A DNA stretch of 64,000 nucleotides from an uncultured delta proteobacterium. GTDB taxonomy: Bacteria; Myxococcota_A; Polyangia; Polyangiales; Polyangiaceae. This document shows, piece by piece, positions 56,006 to 64,000 of the stretch. A program made the translations under genes and the position numbers. Where the stretch lies: contig CAVQUB010000011.1 in NCBI GenBank assembly GCA_963716725.1, forward strand, positions 256,001 through 320,000, read 5' to 3'. Position 1 is the first letter of the stretch; every line of letters begins with the position of its first letter. The notes beneath the pieces are model-generated. The model saw only the letters and a list, made by a program, of their open reading frames with translations, ran no database searches and was not told the origin of the DNA.

Positions 56006-56539
56006 CTAGTCCCCCGGTCTTGTCGAGGAGTCGGTATTGGCGACTCCAGCTCTCTGGCGCACACTGCGCGCGATCCAGGTCAGGACGGCTCCCGACGTCA
56101 CGACCCCAACCAAGCGCCCGCTCGAGCTGACTACCGCGGCGCGCGCACAACCCGCGCTGGCCATGGCTGCACACGCCTGAGCGATGGTCGCACCAGCTGC
56201 GACCTGGGCGCGGATCGGCACCGTGAGTTCGTCGATTCGTGAGGGCGTGGGGACCGGCAGCGGCCAGCCTTCCGGATCGCTCTGTTCACCCGGCTCGGCG
56301 GTCCGAACAGCCCGCCGACCCTCGGGACACCACTCCGCTGCGACCCGCTCGCCAGCGAAGACGCCCACGGGCCGGCGCCGTGAGTCCACGACGAGGAGTT
56401 CGTCGCCTCCGGTGTCGCTCAGCTCGCGGAGCGCGGCGCGGATCCCAATACCGGTCGGGACAGTGACGGGACGCGTCATCACCCGGTCCACCGGGAGGCC
56501 CGGATCGAGCCAAAACTCGGGAGCAGTCGAGGGTGACAC
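56006..56539 (-). CDS. CBS-pair protein
   Basis: VMTRPV...LLVVD...PVGV; AAVVS..GRLVGVVT; its stop abuts the kinase ATG. Confidence 0.75.
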   Translation of the reverse strand: MSPSTAPEFWLDPGLPVDRVMTRPVTVPTGIGIRAALRELSDTGGDELLVVDSRRRPVGVFAGERVAAEWCPEGRRAVRTAEPGEQSDPEGWPLPVPTPSRIDELTVPIRAQVAAGATIAQACAAMASAGCARAAVVSSSGRLVGVVTSGAVLTWIARSVRQRAGVANTDSSTRPGD

Positions 56540-56551
56540 CCCCGCACATCA

Positions 56552-56567
56552 AGCAGCCTCCGTGCCA
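56552..56567 (-). promoter_or_regulatory. sigma54 -24/-12 promoter (CBS-kinase-REC-NtrC operon)
   Basis: Minus strand TGGCACG-GAGG-CTGCT. Confidence 0.75.
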
Positions 56568-56697
56568 GCGAGGCGAGCGAACTTCGTTGGCCAGATCCAC
56601 GCGTCAGCTCCCGTTGCGAGCGAGGCAATGCGCGTCACTGCGGCGGGCTGCCACGACCAGCGCCAGCCGGCGCGCCGGACAATCGCGTGGACTCGAC

Positions 56698-56713
56698 TGG
56701 AACGCCTCTTGCT
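56698..56713 (+). promoter_or_regulatory. sigma54 -24/-12 promoter (CBS gene 3)
   Basis: TGGAACG-CCTC-TTGCT, 54 nt upstream of ATG 56768; RBS GAGGAGG. Confidence 0.75.
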
Positions 56714-56767
56714 CTCCGTATTCTTTCGTAACCGCCACTCGCACGCTGAAAAACACGAGGAGGGAAA

Positions 56768-57283
56768 ATGATCCACAAAGCCGATTTCGTCCCGCGGGCT
56801 TCGGATAGCCTGATCGCAAGCCTACCCGCCGGGGCTGAAGAACCCGCGGCGTCGATCCTGGTGACCAGCATCACCCGGTTCCCGACGGTGGTGAGCGCCA
56901 AGACCCCGCTGACCCGCGCCGCCGAGCTGCTCGTGCGCCCGGGCTGCGGAGTTCTCGTCGTCGTCGACGAACGGCGACGCCCGCTCGGCGTCGTGACGGC
57001 GGCCGATGCGCTGGCCCTGGCGCGACGCCTCAGCCCCGCGCGCTTCGACTTCGCGACCGCACTGGACGCCGCGAGCTCCGGAGGACGCTTCGTTCCCGAG
57101 TCGTCGACTCTGACCGCGGTACACGCTTCACTGCTGGACGAAAATCGCGAGTTCTTCGTGGTGGTGGATCGGGACGGGCGTCTCAGCGGAATCATCACCG
57201 CGATGGACGTGCTCGAGGCCCTGGCTGAAGCCCCGCCCGTCTCTGGGGTCCGATACGCCGCGCCGATTCAACGCTGCGGTTGA
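56768..57283 (+). CDS. CBS-pair protein
   Basis: LVVVDERRRPLGVVTAAD; FVVVDRDGRLSGIITAMD. Confidence 0.85.
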   Translation: MIHKADFVPRASDSLIASLPAGAEEPAASILVTSITRFPTVVSAKTPLTRAAELLVRPGCGVLVVVDERRRPLGVVTAADALALARRLSPARFDFATALDAASSGGRFVPESSTLTAVHASLLDENREFFVVVDRDGRLSGIITAMDVLEALAEAPPVSGVRYAAPIQRCG

Positions 57284-57295
57284 GTGGGCGCGAGC

Positions 57296-59758
57296 TCAAG
57301 CGGGGACACCCCAGATGTCTCGCGCGTACCCCCGCAGCGTTCGGTCCGACGAGAAGAATCCCATGCGCGCCACGTTGAGGATCGACTTCCGGGTCCATGC
57401 CGCCTGATCCAGGTAGGTGCGCTCGAGTACCTCCTGGGCGCGGGAGTAGCTACGGAAGTCCGCCAGCGTGAAGTACCGGTCTCCGTCCGAGAGCAGCGTG
57501 TCCACTACGGGACGAAAGCAACCCGGGTCCTCCGGAGAGAACATGCCGCTGTTGATGGCGTCGAGGGCTTCGCGAAGATCGGGATCGGCGTGGTAGATCG
57601 GGTAGGGGTCGTAGTCGTGGCGGCGCGCTTCGACCTCTTCGGCGGTGAGGCCGAAGATGAAGATGTTCTCGTCCCCGACCGCGTCCTTGATTTCGATGTT
57701 GGCGCCATCGAGCGTGCCGATGGTCAAGGCGCCGTTGAGCGCGAACTTCATGTTGCCGGTGCCCGAAGCCTCCATGCCGGCCGTCGAGATCTGCTCCGAC
57801 ACGTCACTGGCGGGAATGATCAGCTCGGCTGCGCTGACGGAGTAGTTGGGCACGAACAACACGCGCAAGAAATGCCGTGAGTGCTCGTCGGAGTTCAGCC
57901 TGGCCGCGACCGCGTTGATCAAGTGGACGATGCGCTTGGCCATGGCGTAGCCGGGCGGCGCCTTGCCTCCAAACACGAAGGTGCGAGGCACCGCGGCCAT
58001 CTCCCGCGGCCGCCGATGGCGCAGGTAGAGGGAGACAACGTGCAGCACGTTGAGCAGCTGACGTTTGTACTCGTGGATGCGCTTGACCTGCGAGTCGACG
58101 AGATGGGTCGGATCGAGTTCGAGGCCGTGGGCGCGACGGAGCCAGCGCGCCAAGCGCTCCTTGTTGCGCTGCTTGATGCCCCTCCACTCGGCTTGCAGCT
58201 CCGGATCATCCGCATGCTCCGAGAGGCGCTCGAGCTGATCGAGGTCCGTAGTCCAACCGGGGCCGATGCGACGGGTGATCAACGCGGAGAGGTCGGGATT
58301 GCACTTCATCAACCAGCGACGAGGCGTCACACCGTTGGTTTGATTGACGAACTTGTCCGGCGTGAGGTCCGAGAAGTCTCGGAACAAGGTCTCGCGGAGA
58401 AGCCGAGAGTGCAGCGCGGAGACGCCGTTGACCTTGTGGCTGCCGACGATGGCCAGATGTGCCATGCGCACCTGCGCCTCGCTGCCCTCTTGGATCAAGC
58501 TCATGCGTTGCACGCGCGCCTCGTCTCGGGGAAACGCCCGGCGAACCTGCTCGAGAAAGCGCGCGTTGATCTCGTAGATGATCTGAAGATGTCGCGGCAA
58601 GAGCCGCTCCAAGAGCCACACCGGCCACCGTTCGAGGGCCTCGGGCATGAGCGTGTGGTTGGTGTAGGCGAAGCACTGGCGCGTCACTTCCCAGGCCTGA
58701 TCCCAGCTCAGACCGTGGCGGTCGACCATCAGGCGCATCATCTCCGCCACGGCCAGCGCCGGGTGGGTGTCATTGAGTTGGAAGATCGCGGAGTGGTGCA
58801 GATCGCTCAGGTCCTCGTGACGCGTGAGGTGACGAGCGACGGCGTCCTGGAGCGTCGCGGAGACCAGGAAGTACTCCTGCTTGAGTCGAAGCTCCTTGCC
58901 GGCGAGCTGAGCGTCGTTCGGGTAGAGCACACGCGAAATGGTCTCGGTCGCTGCCTTGTCCTCGACCGCTCGGATGTAGTCGCCCTGATTGAAATAGGAG
59001 ATATCGAAGGCGCGCGTGGCCTTGGCGGACCAGAGGCGCAAGGTGTTGACCACGCCGTTCCGGTAGCCCGGCACCGGCGTGTCGTAAGCGACCGCAAGCA
59101 CCTGATGAGTGTCGACCCACTCATGCACGCGGCGGCCGCGATATCCGGTGTACTGGATCACGCGCCCGCCGAAGTGCACGGCGTAGCGGCGCTCCGGCCG
59201 CTCGAACTCCCAAGGGTTGCCGTAGCGAAGCCAGGGATCGGGTCGCTCGAATTGCTCCCCGCGCACGATGTCCTGAAGGAAGATCCCGTACTCGTAGCGG
59301 ATGCCGTAGCCCACGCCCGGAATGCCCAAGGTCGCCATGGAGTCGATGAAACACGCGGCGAGCCGACCGAGCCCTCCGTTGCCCAGACCCGCGTCATGCT
59401 CCTGGTCCGCAGCCTCGGAGAGCGCGACGCCGCACTCGAGCAGCCCTCGATCGGCGGAGTCGAGGCAGCCGAGGTTCAAGAGGCCGTCTTCGAGCAAGCG
59501 ACCGAGCAGGAACTCCATCGACAGGTAGTACACACGCTTGGGTTGTTCGCTGGCGTAGCGCAGCGAGGTGCGGGTCCAGCGGTCGGCCATGCGGTCCCGC
59601 GCCGCGTGTGCAACGGCCATGAAATGATCCAGCTGGGTCGCAACCCTCGGGTCCTTGCCCTGCGTGTGCCGGACGTGCTTCAAGAAGCTGCGCCGGAGCG
59701 ATTCGGCGTCCAGCGGCAGATCCTCGGGGTGTCCGACGTCGGGATTCCTCTCGGGCAT
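57296..59758 (-). CDS. glgP: Glycogen/maltodextrin phosphorylase
   Basis: YLSMEFL; GLGNGGLGRL; QLNDTHP; YTNHT; KRIHEYKRQ; PLP site EASGTGNMKF; FSSDR. Confidence 0.97.
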   Translation of the reverse strand: MPERNPDVGHPEDLPLDAESLRRSFLKHVRHTQGKDPRVATQLDHFMAVAHAARDRMADRWTRTSLRYASEQPKRVYYLSMEFLLGRLLEDGLLNLGCLDSADRGLLECGVALSEAADQEHDAGLGNGGLGRLAACFIDSMATLGIPGVGYGIRYEYGIFLQDIVRGEQFERPDPWLRYGNPWEFERPERRYAVHFGGRVIQYTGYRGRRVHEWVDTHQVLAVAYDTPVPGYRNGVVNTLRLWSAKATRAFDISYFNQGDYIRAVEDKAATETISRVLYPNDAQLAGKELRLKQEYFLVSATLQDAVARHLTRHEDLSDLHHSAIFQLNDTHPALAVAEMMRLMVDRHGLSWDQAWEVTRQCFAYTNHTLMPEALERWPVWLLERLLPRHLQIIYEINARFLEQVRRAFPRDEARVQRMSLIQEGSEAQVRMAHLAIVGSHKVNGVSALHSRLLRETLFRDFSDLTPDKFVNQTNGVTPRRWLMKCNPDLSALITRRIGPGWTTDLDQLERLSEHADDPELQAEWRGIKQRNKERLARWLRRAHGLELDPTHLVDSQVKRIHEYKRQLLNVLHVVSLYLRHRRPREMAAVPRTFVFGGKAPPGYAMAKRIVHLINAVAARLNSDEHSRHFLRVLFVPNYSVSAAELIIPASDVSEQISTAGMEASGTGNMKFALNGALTIGTLDGANIEIKDAVGDENIFIFGLTAEEVEARRHDYDPYPIYHADPDLREALDAINSGMFSPEDPGCFRPVVDTLLSDGDRYFTLADFRSYSRAQEVLERTYLDQAAWTRKSILNVARMGFFSSDRTLRGYARDIWGVPA

Positions 59759-59873
59759 TGACGGCGGACGCTATCAGACCTCGTCGATCTTTCGATTGGA
59801 TTTTCCGTGGCTTGCCGCTACAGCTTGGGAACAGCGAACCCTCGTCGAGCGTTCTCGGCTCCAACTGTCTTGC

Positions 59874-60374
59874 ATGCCCAGTCGAACCTTCCTCGTTGCC
59901 GCCACGCTCTCGGTCGTGCTCTCCGCGTGCGAACGACGTGCGGACATCGAGGGCGCCGCCACTGCCGCGCCAGCAGCCGCCGCGAGCCCCGCCCAAACCA
60001 CGGCGCAGCGCGTCCGGGCGGTGGGTCAGCTTGGACCCGGTCGAGGCACGCTGGTGATTTCCCTCGCGCCGCCGAAGAGCGGCAAGCTCACGGAGGGCGC
60101 ACCGCTCAGCGTCGAAGCGCGCGGGGCTCACCTGAGTTTTCCTGCTGCAATCCGGGAGAACCTCGACTCCAAGCGCTTGCCGCTCCGACTCCCCATCGAC
60201 GTCACGGACGGCGCCATGGGCCCCGCCGAGGTCAATCTGTCGTACTACTGGTGCGGTCACGAAGAAGGCGCCGCGTGTCGCCCGGAGCGAGTGAAGCTCG
60301 TCGTCGAGTTGGACACGACCGGCGACGCTCCGGGCGGCGAGGCCCACCTCACGCACGTCGCCGCGGGCACTTGA
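59874..60374 (+). CDS. Lipoprotein with Ig-like domain carrying a YYWC-x7-C loop
   Basis: Start ATG 59874; lipobox LSAC; KLTEGAP...YYWCGHEEGAAC. Confidence 0.65.
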   Translation: MPSRTFLVAATLSVVLSACERRADIEGAATAAPAAAASPAQTTAQRVRAVGQLGPGRGTLVISLAPPKSGKLTEGAPLSVEARGAHLSFPAAIRENLDSKRLPLRLPIDVTDGAMGPAEVNLSYYWCGHEEGAACRPERVKLVVELDTTGDAPGGEAHLTHVAAGT

Positions 60375-60443
60375 CCCGGCGGCGCCGAGCCGCGCCGATG
60401 TTATTCGGGGCGGCGAGGGCGTTTTCTAGGTAAGATCACCGCG

Positions 60444-61802
60444 ATGCCCAGACTCGGCGACAGCGATCCCGACTCCGACACGTCGGGCAGCTGGGTTCCC
60501 GAGCCCGGCACCGTCCTCGCGGGTCGGTACCGGGTCGAGGGGTTGCTCGGTGCGGGCGGCATGGCCGCGGTCGTCAGCGCGATCCAGACCGATCTCGGTC
60601 GGAGGGTCGCCATCAAGCTGTTGCCCCCCCGCGCGGCGAAGAGCGCCCTGGGAATCGAACGCTTCCTGCGGGAGGCCCGCGCGGCAAGCGCCATCGACAG
60701 CGATCACGTAGTCAAGGTTTTCGAGGTGGGACGCCTCGAAGACGGGACGCCGTTCATGGTGATGGAGTTCATCGTCGGGGCGCCGCTATCCCGTGTGGTC
60801 GAACAGCGTGGAGCATTGCCGGTTCAGGAGGCCCTCGACTACGTCTTGCAGGCCGCCGTGGCCGTCGCACATTGCCACGCCATCGGCGTGGTGCACCGGG
60901 ATCTGAAGCCCGAGAACATCATGGTGCTCGAGAACCCCGGGCAACGCGGCCACGTGAAGGTACTCGACTTCGGCATTTCAAAGGCCGACTGGTTCGAGCA
61001 AGACCACACGCCGAGCCTGACGGGAACGAGCGAGGTCTTCGGCACCCCGACCCACATGTCTCCGGAACAGGTCCGAAGCGCGAGAAACGTGGACCACCGC
61101 ACCGACATTTGGTCGCTGGGCGTGGTGCTGTACGAGGTCATGACCGGCAAAGAGCCGTTCATCGCCGAGTCACTGCCGGCGCTCTCGGCCATGATCGTGA
61201 GCGACGAGCCGGTGCCGCCCTCCCACCTGCGCCCCGATCTTCCTGCCGAAGTCGAGCGCCTGATCCTGCGCTGCCTCGCCAAACGCCCCGATCAACGCCC
61301 GCAGAGCGTTCACGACCTCGCGCAAGAGGTCGCGCCCTTCACTTCGCCGACCTCCCGAGTTCATCTGGATCGGATCTTCGCCATCGCGCTGGCCAAACAC
61401 CTCTCGATGAGCACCGGCGCCGCTGGCGTCTCCGGGCCATATCCGTCGCAACGCAATACGTCGAACGCTTGGGGAACGACGCACCAGCGCCGGCTGAAGA
61501 CCCGCAACGGGATCGCCGTCGGCGTCGGTCTCGGCCTGGTGCTCTTCTCCGCGATAAGCGTGGCGATCATCGCAACAGCCTGGTTCCGCGAGCGCCCGCT
61601 CCCCCCGGAGGTCGAGGCGACGCCCGCGTCGGAGGGCGCAGCTCACTTGCCTGCGCCAACCGCTGCGCCTGCGGCGAAGCCCAGCGCCGTAGCCCACGCG
61701 CCCGATCTGCCCGAAGCCGGGGCTCTGCCCGACGCGGCCGCGGCGTCACCCAAGTCCCGGCCCCAGAGTGCCGCCCCGGACCCGCTGGGCGGACGGATGT
61801 GA
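60444..61802 (+). CDS. Membrane Ser/Thr protein kinase
   Basis: GAGGMA, VAIK, HRDLKPEN, DFG and MSPE; C-terminal TM and Pro-rich tail. Confidence 0.95.
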   Translation: MPRLGDSDPDSDTSGSWVPEPGTVLAGRYRVEGLLGAGGMAAVVSAIQTDLGRRVAIKLLPPRAAKSALGIERFLREARAASAIDSDHVVKVFEVGRLEDGTPFMVMEFIVGAPLSRVVEQRGALPVQEALDYVLQAAVAVAHCHAIGVVHRDLKPENIMVLENPGQRGHVKVLDFGISKADWFEQDHTPSLTGTSEVFGTPTHMSPEQVRSARNVDHRTDIWSLGVVLYEVMTGKEPFIAESLPALSAMIVSDEPVPPSHLRPDLPAEVERLILRCLAKRPDQRPQSVHDLAQEVAPFTSPTSRVHLDRIFAIALAKHLSMSTGAAGVSGPYPSQRNTSNAWGTTHQRRLKTRNGIAVGVGLGLVLFSAISVAIIATAWFRERPLPPEVEATPASEGAAHLPAPTAAPAAKPSAVAHAPDLPEAGALPDAAAASPKSRPQSAAPDPLGGRM

Positions 61803-62812
61803 TGCCGGTGATCCGATCGATCGCTCGAGCGCTTTTCTGCTTCATCGTCGCGTTTCCGTGGGCAGCCCTAGGCGATTCGACGCCGTCGGATCGGGCCGCC
61901 GCGGAGGCCCTGTTCCGGGACGCCAAGAAATTCTTCGCGAAGAAGCAGTACGCGGAGGCCTGTCGCAAGCTCGAAGAGAGCCAGCGGCTCGACCCTCAGG
62001 GCGGGACGCTGCTGAACCTCGCCGTGTGCCACGCACGCGAGGGACGCACCGCGAGCGCCTGGGTCGAGTTCCAGGAGGCGATGGAGCTGGCCAAACAAGC
62101 CAAACGCACGGACCGCATTCGCCTGGCCAAGCGTGAGATCGCGAAGCTGGAGAAGAACCTCGCGCGACTCACCATCGACGTCCCCGCAGAAGCGCGGGTC
62201 AGCGGGCTTTCGATCCAGCGGGGCGGCGAACGCGTCGGCGAAGGAGCCTGGGGGACCGCGGTGCCGGTCGACCCAGGCATCACGCTCACCATCTCCGCCA
62301 GCGCCGAGGGCCATCGGAGCTGGCGCACGGAGGTGAGTGTCTCTCCCGCGGAGCAGAAGACCCTGATCGTGCCGAGGCTCGAGAAATCACCCCCACGACC
62401 GCCCGAGGCGCCGACCGCGAAGCCTGGGCCGGACACCGGCGGCGAGCAGCGCGACGGTTCGTCGCGCATCGCTGCCTACATCGCCGGTGGCGTCGGCGTC
62501 GTCGCCATCGGAGTCGGGACCTACTTCGGAGTGCGCGCGCTCTCGAAGAAGAACTCGGCGGAGAAGCACTGCAACGGCAGCTTGTGCAACCAAGAAGGCC
62601 TCGACCTGAACGACGATGCCGGCCAAGCCGCCACGGTGAGCAACATCGGCTTCGGGGTGGGCATCCTCGCCATCGGAGTCGGGACTTACTTCTTCCTCAC
62701 CTCGGAGCCCGCGCCGGCTGAGAAGCCGCCGGCCGCGAAAAGCGCGGGAGTTCGCCTGGTGCCTTCGATCGGAGCCCGAACTTCGGGTATCCTCGTGACC
62801 GGTCGATGGTGA
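61802..62812 (+). CDS. TPR + PEGA-like membrane protein
   Basis: TGATG overlap with the kinase; AEALF...AC.KLEES.RLDP..GTLLNLA.C; VPVDPG; C-terminal hydrophobic hairpin. Confidence 0.85.
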   Translation: MPVIRSIARALFCFIVAFPWAALGDSTPSDRAAAEALFRDAKKFFAKKQYAEACRKLEESQRLDPQGGTLLNLAVCHAREGRTASAWVEFQEAMELAKQAKRTDRIRLAKREIAKLEKNLARLTIDVPAEARVSGLSIQRGGERVGEGAWGTAVPVDPGITLTISASAEGHRSWRTEVSVSPAEQKTLIVPRLEKSPPRPPEAPTAKPGPDTGGEQRDGSSRIAAYIAGGVGVVAIGVGTYFGVRALSKKNSAEKHCNGSLCNQEGLDLNDDAGQAATVSNIGFGVGILAIGVGTYFFLTSEPAPAEKPPAAKSAGVRLVPSIGARTSGILVTGRW

Positions 62813-64000
62813 GCCACTCCCGCCTCGCTGCGCTTGGGCCGGCTGCGCTCGCCGTCGCTGTCTCGTGCCAGGTCGTGCTGGGCATCGAGGACAAAGAGCT
62901 CGACCCCAAGCTGGGCTCCGGCGGGACCGCCGGGAGCGGGGGCGCCCCCCCCGATGCGAGCGTGGGGCCCAAGGGCTCGGATGCCGTTCCCCCAGCCCGA
63001 CCCGACGGCGACCCGGTCCCCAAAGGCGGTGCGACTCGCTGGTTCGCCGCAAAGACCATCTTCCTCGGCACGCACGATCCCGAAACCAAGCAGCCGGACA
63101 AGACCGCGTGGAAACGCATTGGCCACGACATCGACGGCGAGTGCACGACGCTGGAAATCTCGAAGAGCAATTCATCCGCGAGCTGCAAGCAGCCGAGCGG
63201 CGCGTCGGTGGACTCCCTCGAGGACGGCGATGACTGCCGCGACAACGCCGCGGGACGCCTGGTGGCAGTGGGAACTCAGGTGGTATCCATCAATTTCGAG
63301 CCAGAGCTCCACGCAGGCCTGCTCACCGCCGAAACCGCAACCTACATCCTGCGATTGGACGACCTGTCCGGCGACGCGGACGATCCCTACGTGCGCGGTG
63401 CGCTCTACGTCAGCGTGCCACGCAACCCGCAGTTCGAGAAGCCGCCGAGCTGGGACGGCGCGGACCAGTTCGCCGTCGATGTCCTGTCGGTCGATGCACC
63501 CGGTCCGAGCGACGCCGGCGATTCGGGCGCCAGCGACGGCGGTGCCAGCGACGCGGGGAACGACGGCAGCGCCGTCGAGGCGAGCGCGCCATCGCCCTTC
63601 ATCGACAAGCCCCTGTTCGTCTTCGACAAGGGCTACTTGTCGAAGAACGTCTGGGTCAGCGGCGAACTCGGCAAATCCCCGACGCGCCTGCCGCTCTTCG
63701 TCTTCGACCGCTTGGCGGTCGTCGACACCCTGAGCGTCACGCTGGCCGTCGAGCTCACGCCCAAACACGACCAAACGGTGAGCTCACAGCTGTCGGCGGT
63801 GGTGGGCACGCCCGAGCTGGAAAAGTACTTTCGCCCCATCGCGCTCGAGCTCGTGGGGTGCATCCCGGCGCTGGGCGGCCTGCTCATGGACAGCTACGTG
63901 CTGCCGGCTCGAGACCTCGGCGCTGGGCCAACGCTGATCACGCCAGCCAGTCCGTGTGACTCTCAGAGCCTCGCCTTCGCCTTCGAATGGAAGCCGGTGA
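62806..64000 (+). CDS. Hypothetical lipoprotein; runs off the window end
   Basis: Absent from the ORF track. ATG 62806 overlaps the upstream stop; MVSHSRLAALGPAALAVAVSCQVVLGIED; WKRIGHDIDGECT; EDGDDCRDN; open to 64000. Confidence 0.8.
   Translation, partial: MVSHSRLAALGPAALAVAVSCQVVLGIEDKELDPKLGSGGTAGSGGAPPDASVGPKGSDAVPPARPDGDPVPKGGATRWFAAKTIFLGTHDPETKQPDKTAWKRIGHDIDGECTTLEISKSNSSASCKQPSGASVDSLEDGDDCRDNAAGRLVAVGTQVVSINFEPELHAGLLTAETATYILRLDDLSGDADDPYVRGALYVSVPRNPQFEKPPSWDGADQFAVDVLSVDAPGPSDAGDSGASDGGASDAGNDGSAVEASAPSPFIDKPLFVFDKGYLSKNVWVSGELGKSPTRLPLFVFDRLAVVDTLSVTLAVELTPKHDQTVSSQLSAVVGTPELEKYFRPIALELVGCIPALGGLLMDSYVLPARDLGAGPTLITPASPCDSQSLAFAFEWKPV

Overview
High-GC window with the gene content and Gly/Pro/Cys-rich lipoproteins typical of Myxococcota (probably Polyangiaceae; inferred from gene style, not from a search). 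I call about 50 CDS. I saw no rRNA, tRNA, CRISPR array or intact transposase. From left to right: a truncated SNF2 helicase; secreted and lipoprotein hydrolases; a zincin peptidase plus ATP-grasp ligase pair; a frameshifted aldehyde dehydrogenase; and an MNIO (DUF692)/DUF2063 RiPP-like cluster. The putative precursor of that cluster is a lipid-anchored, long-tethered peptide ending in CGAGTCG, preceded by an ECF-type promoter. Next come a mosaic island of gene remnants (26.3-31.2 kb), an orphan rplC heading an rRNA-modification operon opposite an orphan rplS, an FHA/vWA/PP2C/FHA-ABC phospho-signalling operon and a MacAB-like exporter. A sigma54 signalling island follows, in which three stand-alone CBS genes each have a -24/-12 motif, beside two enhancer-binding proteins and glgP. 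The window ends with a kinase-TPR/PEGA-lipoprotein triad. All family calls come from motif recognition by eye. Several start codons were moved from the ORF track.
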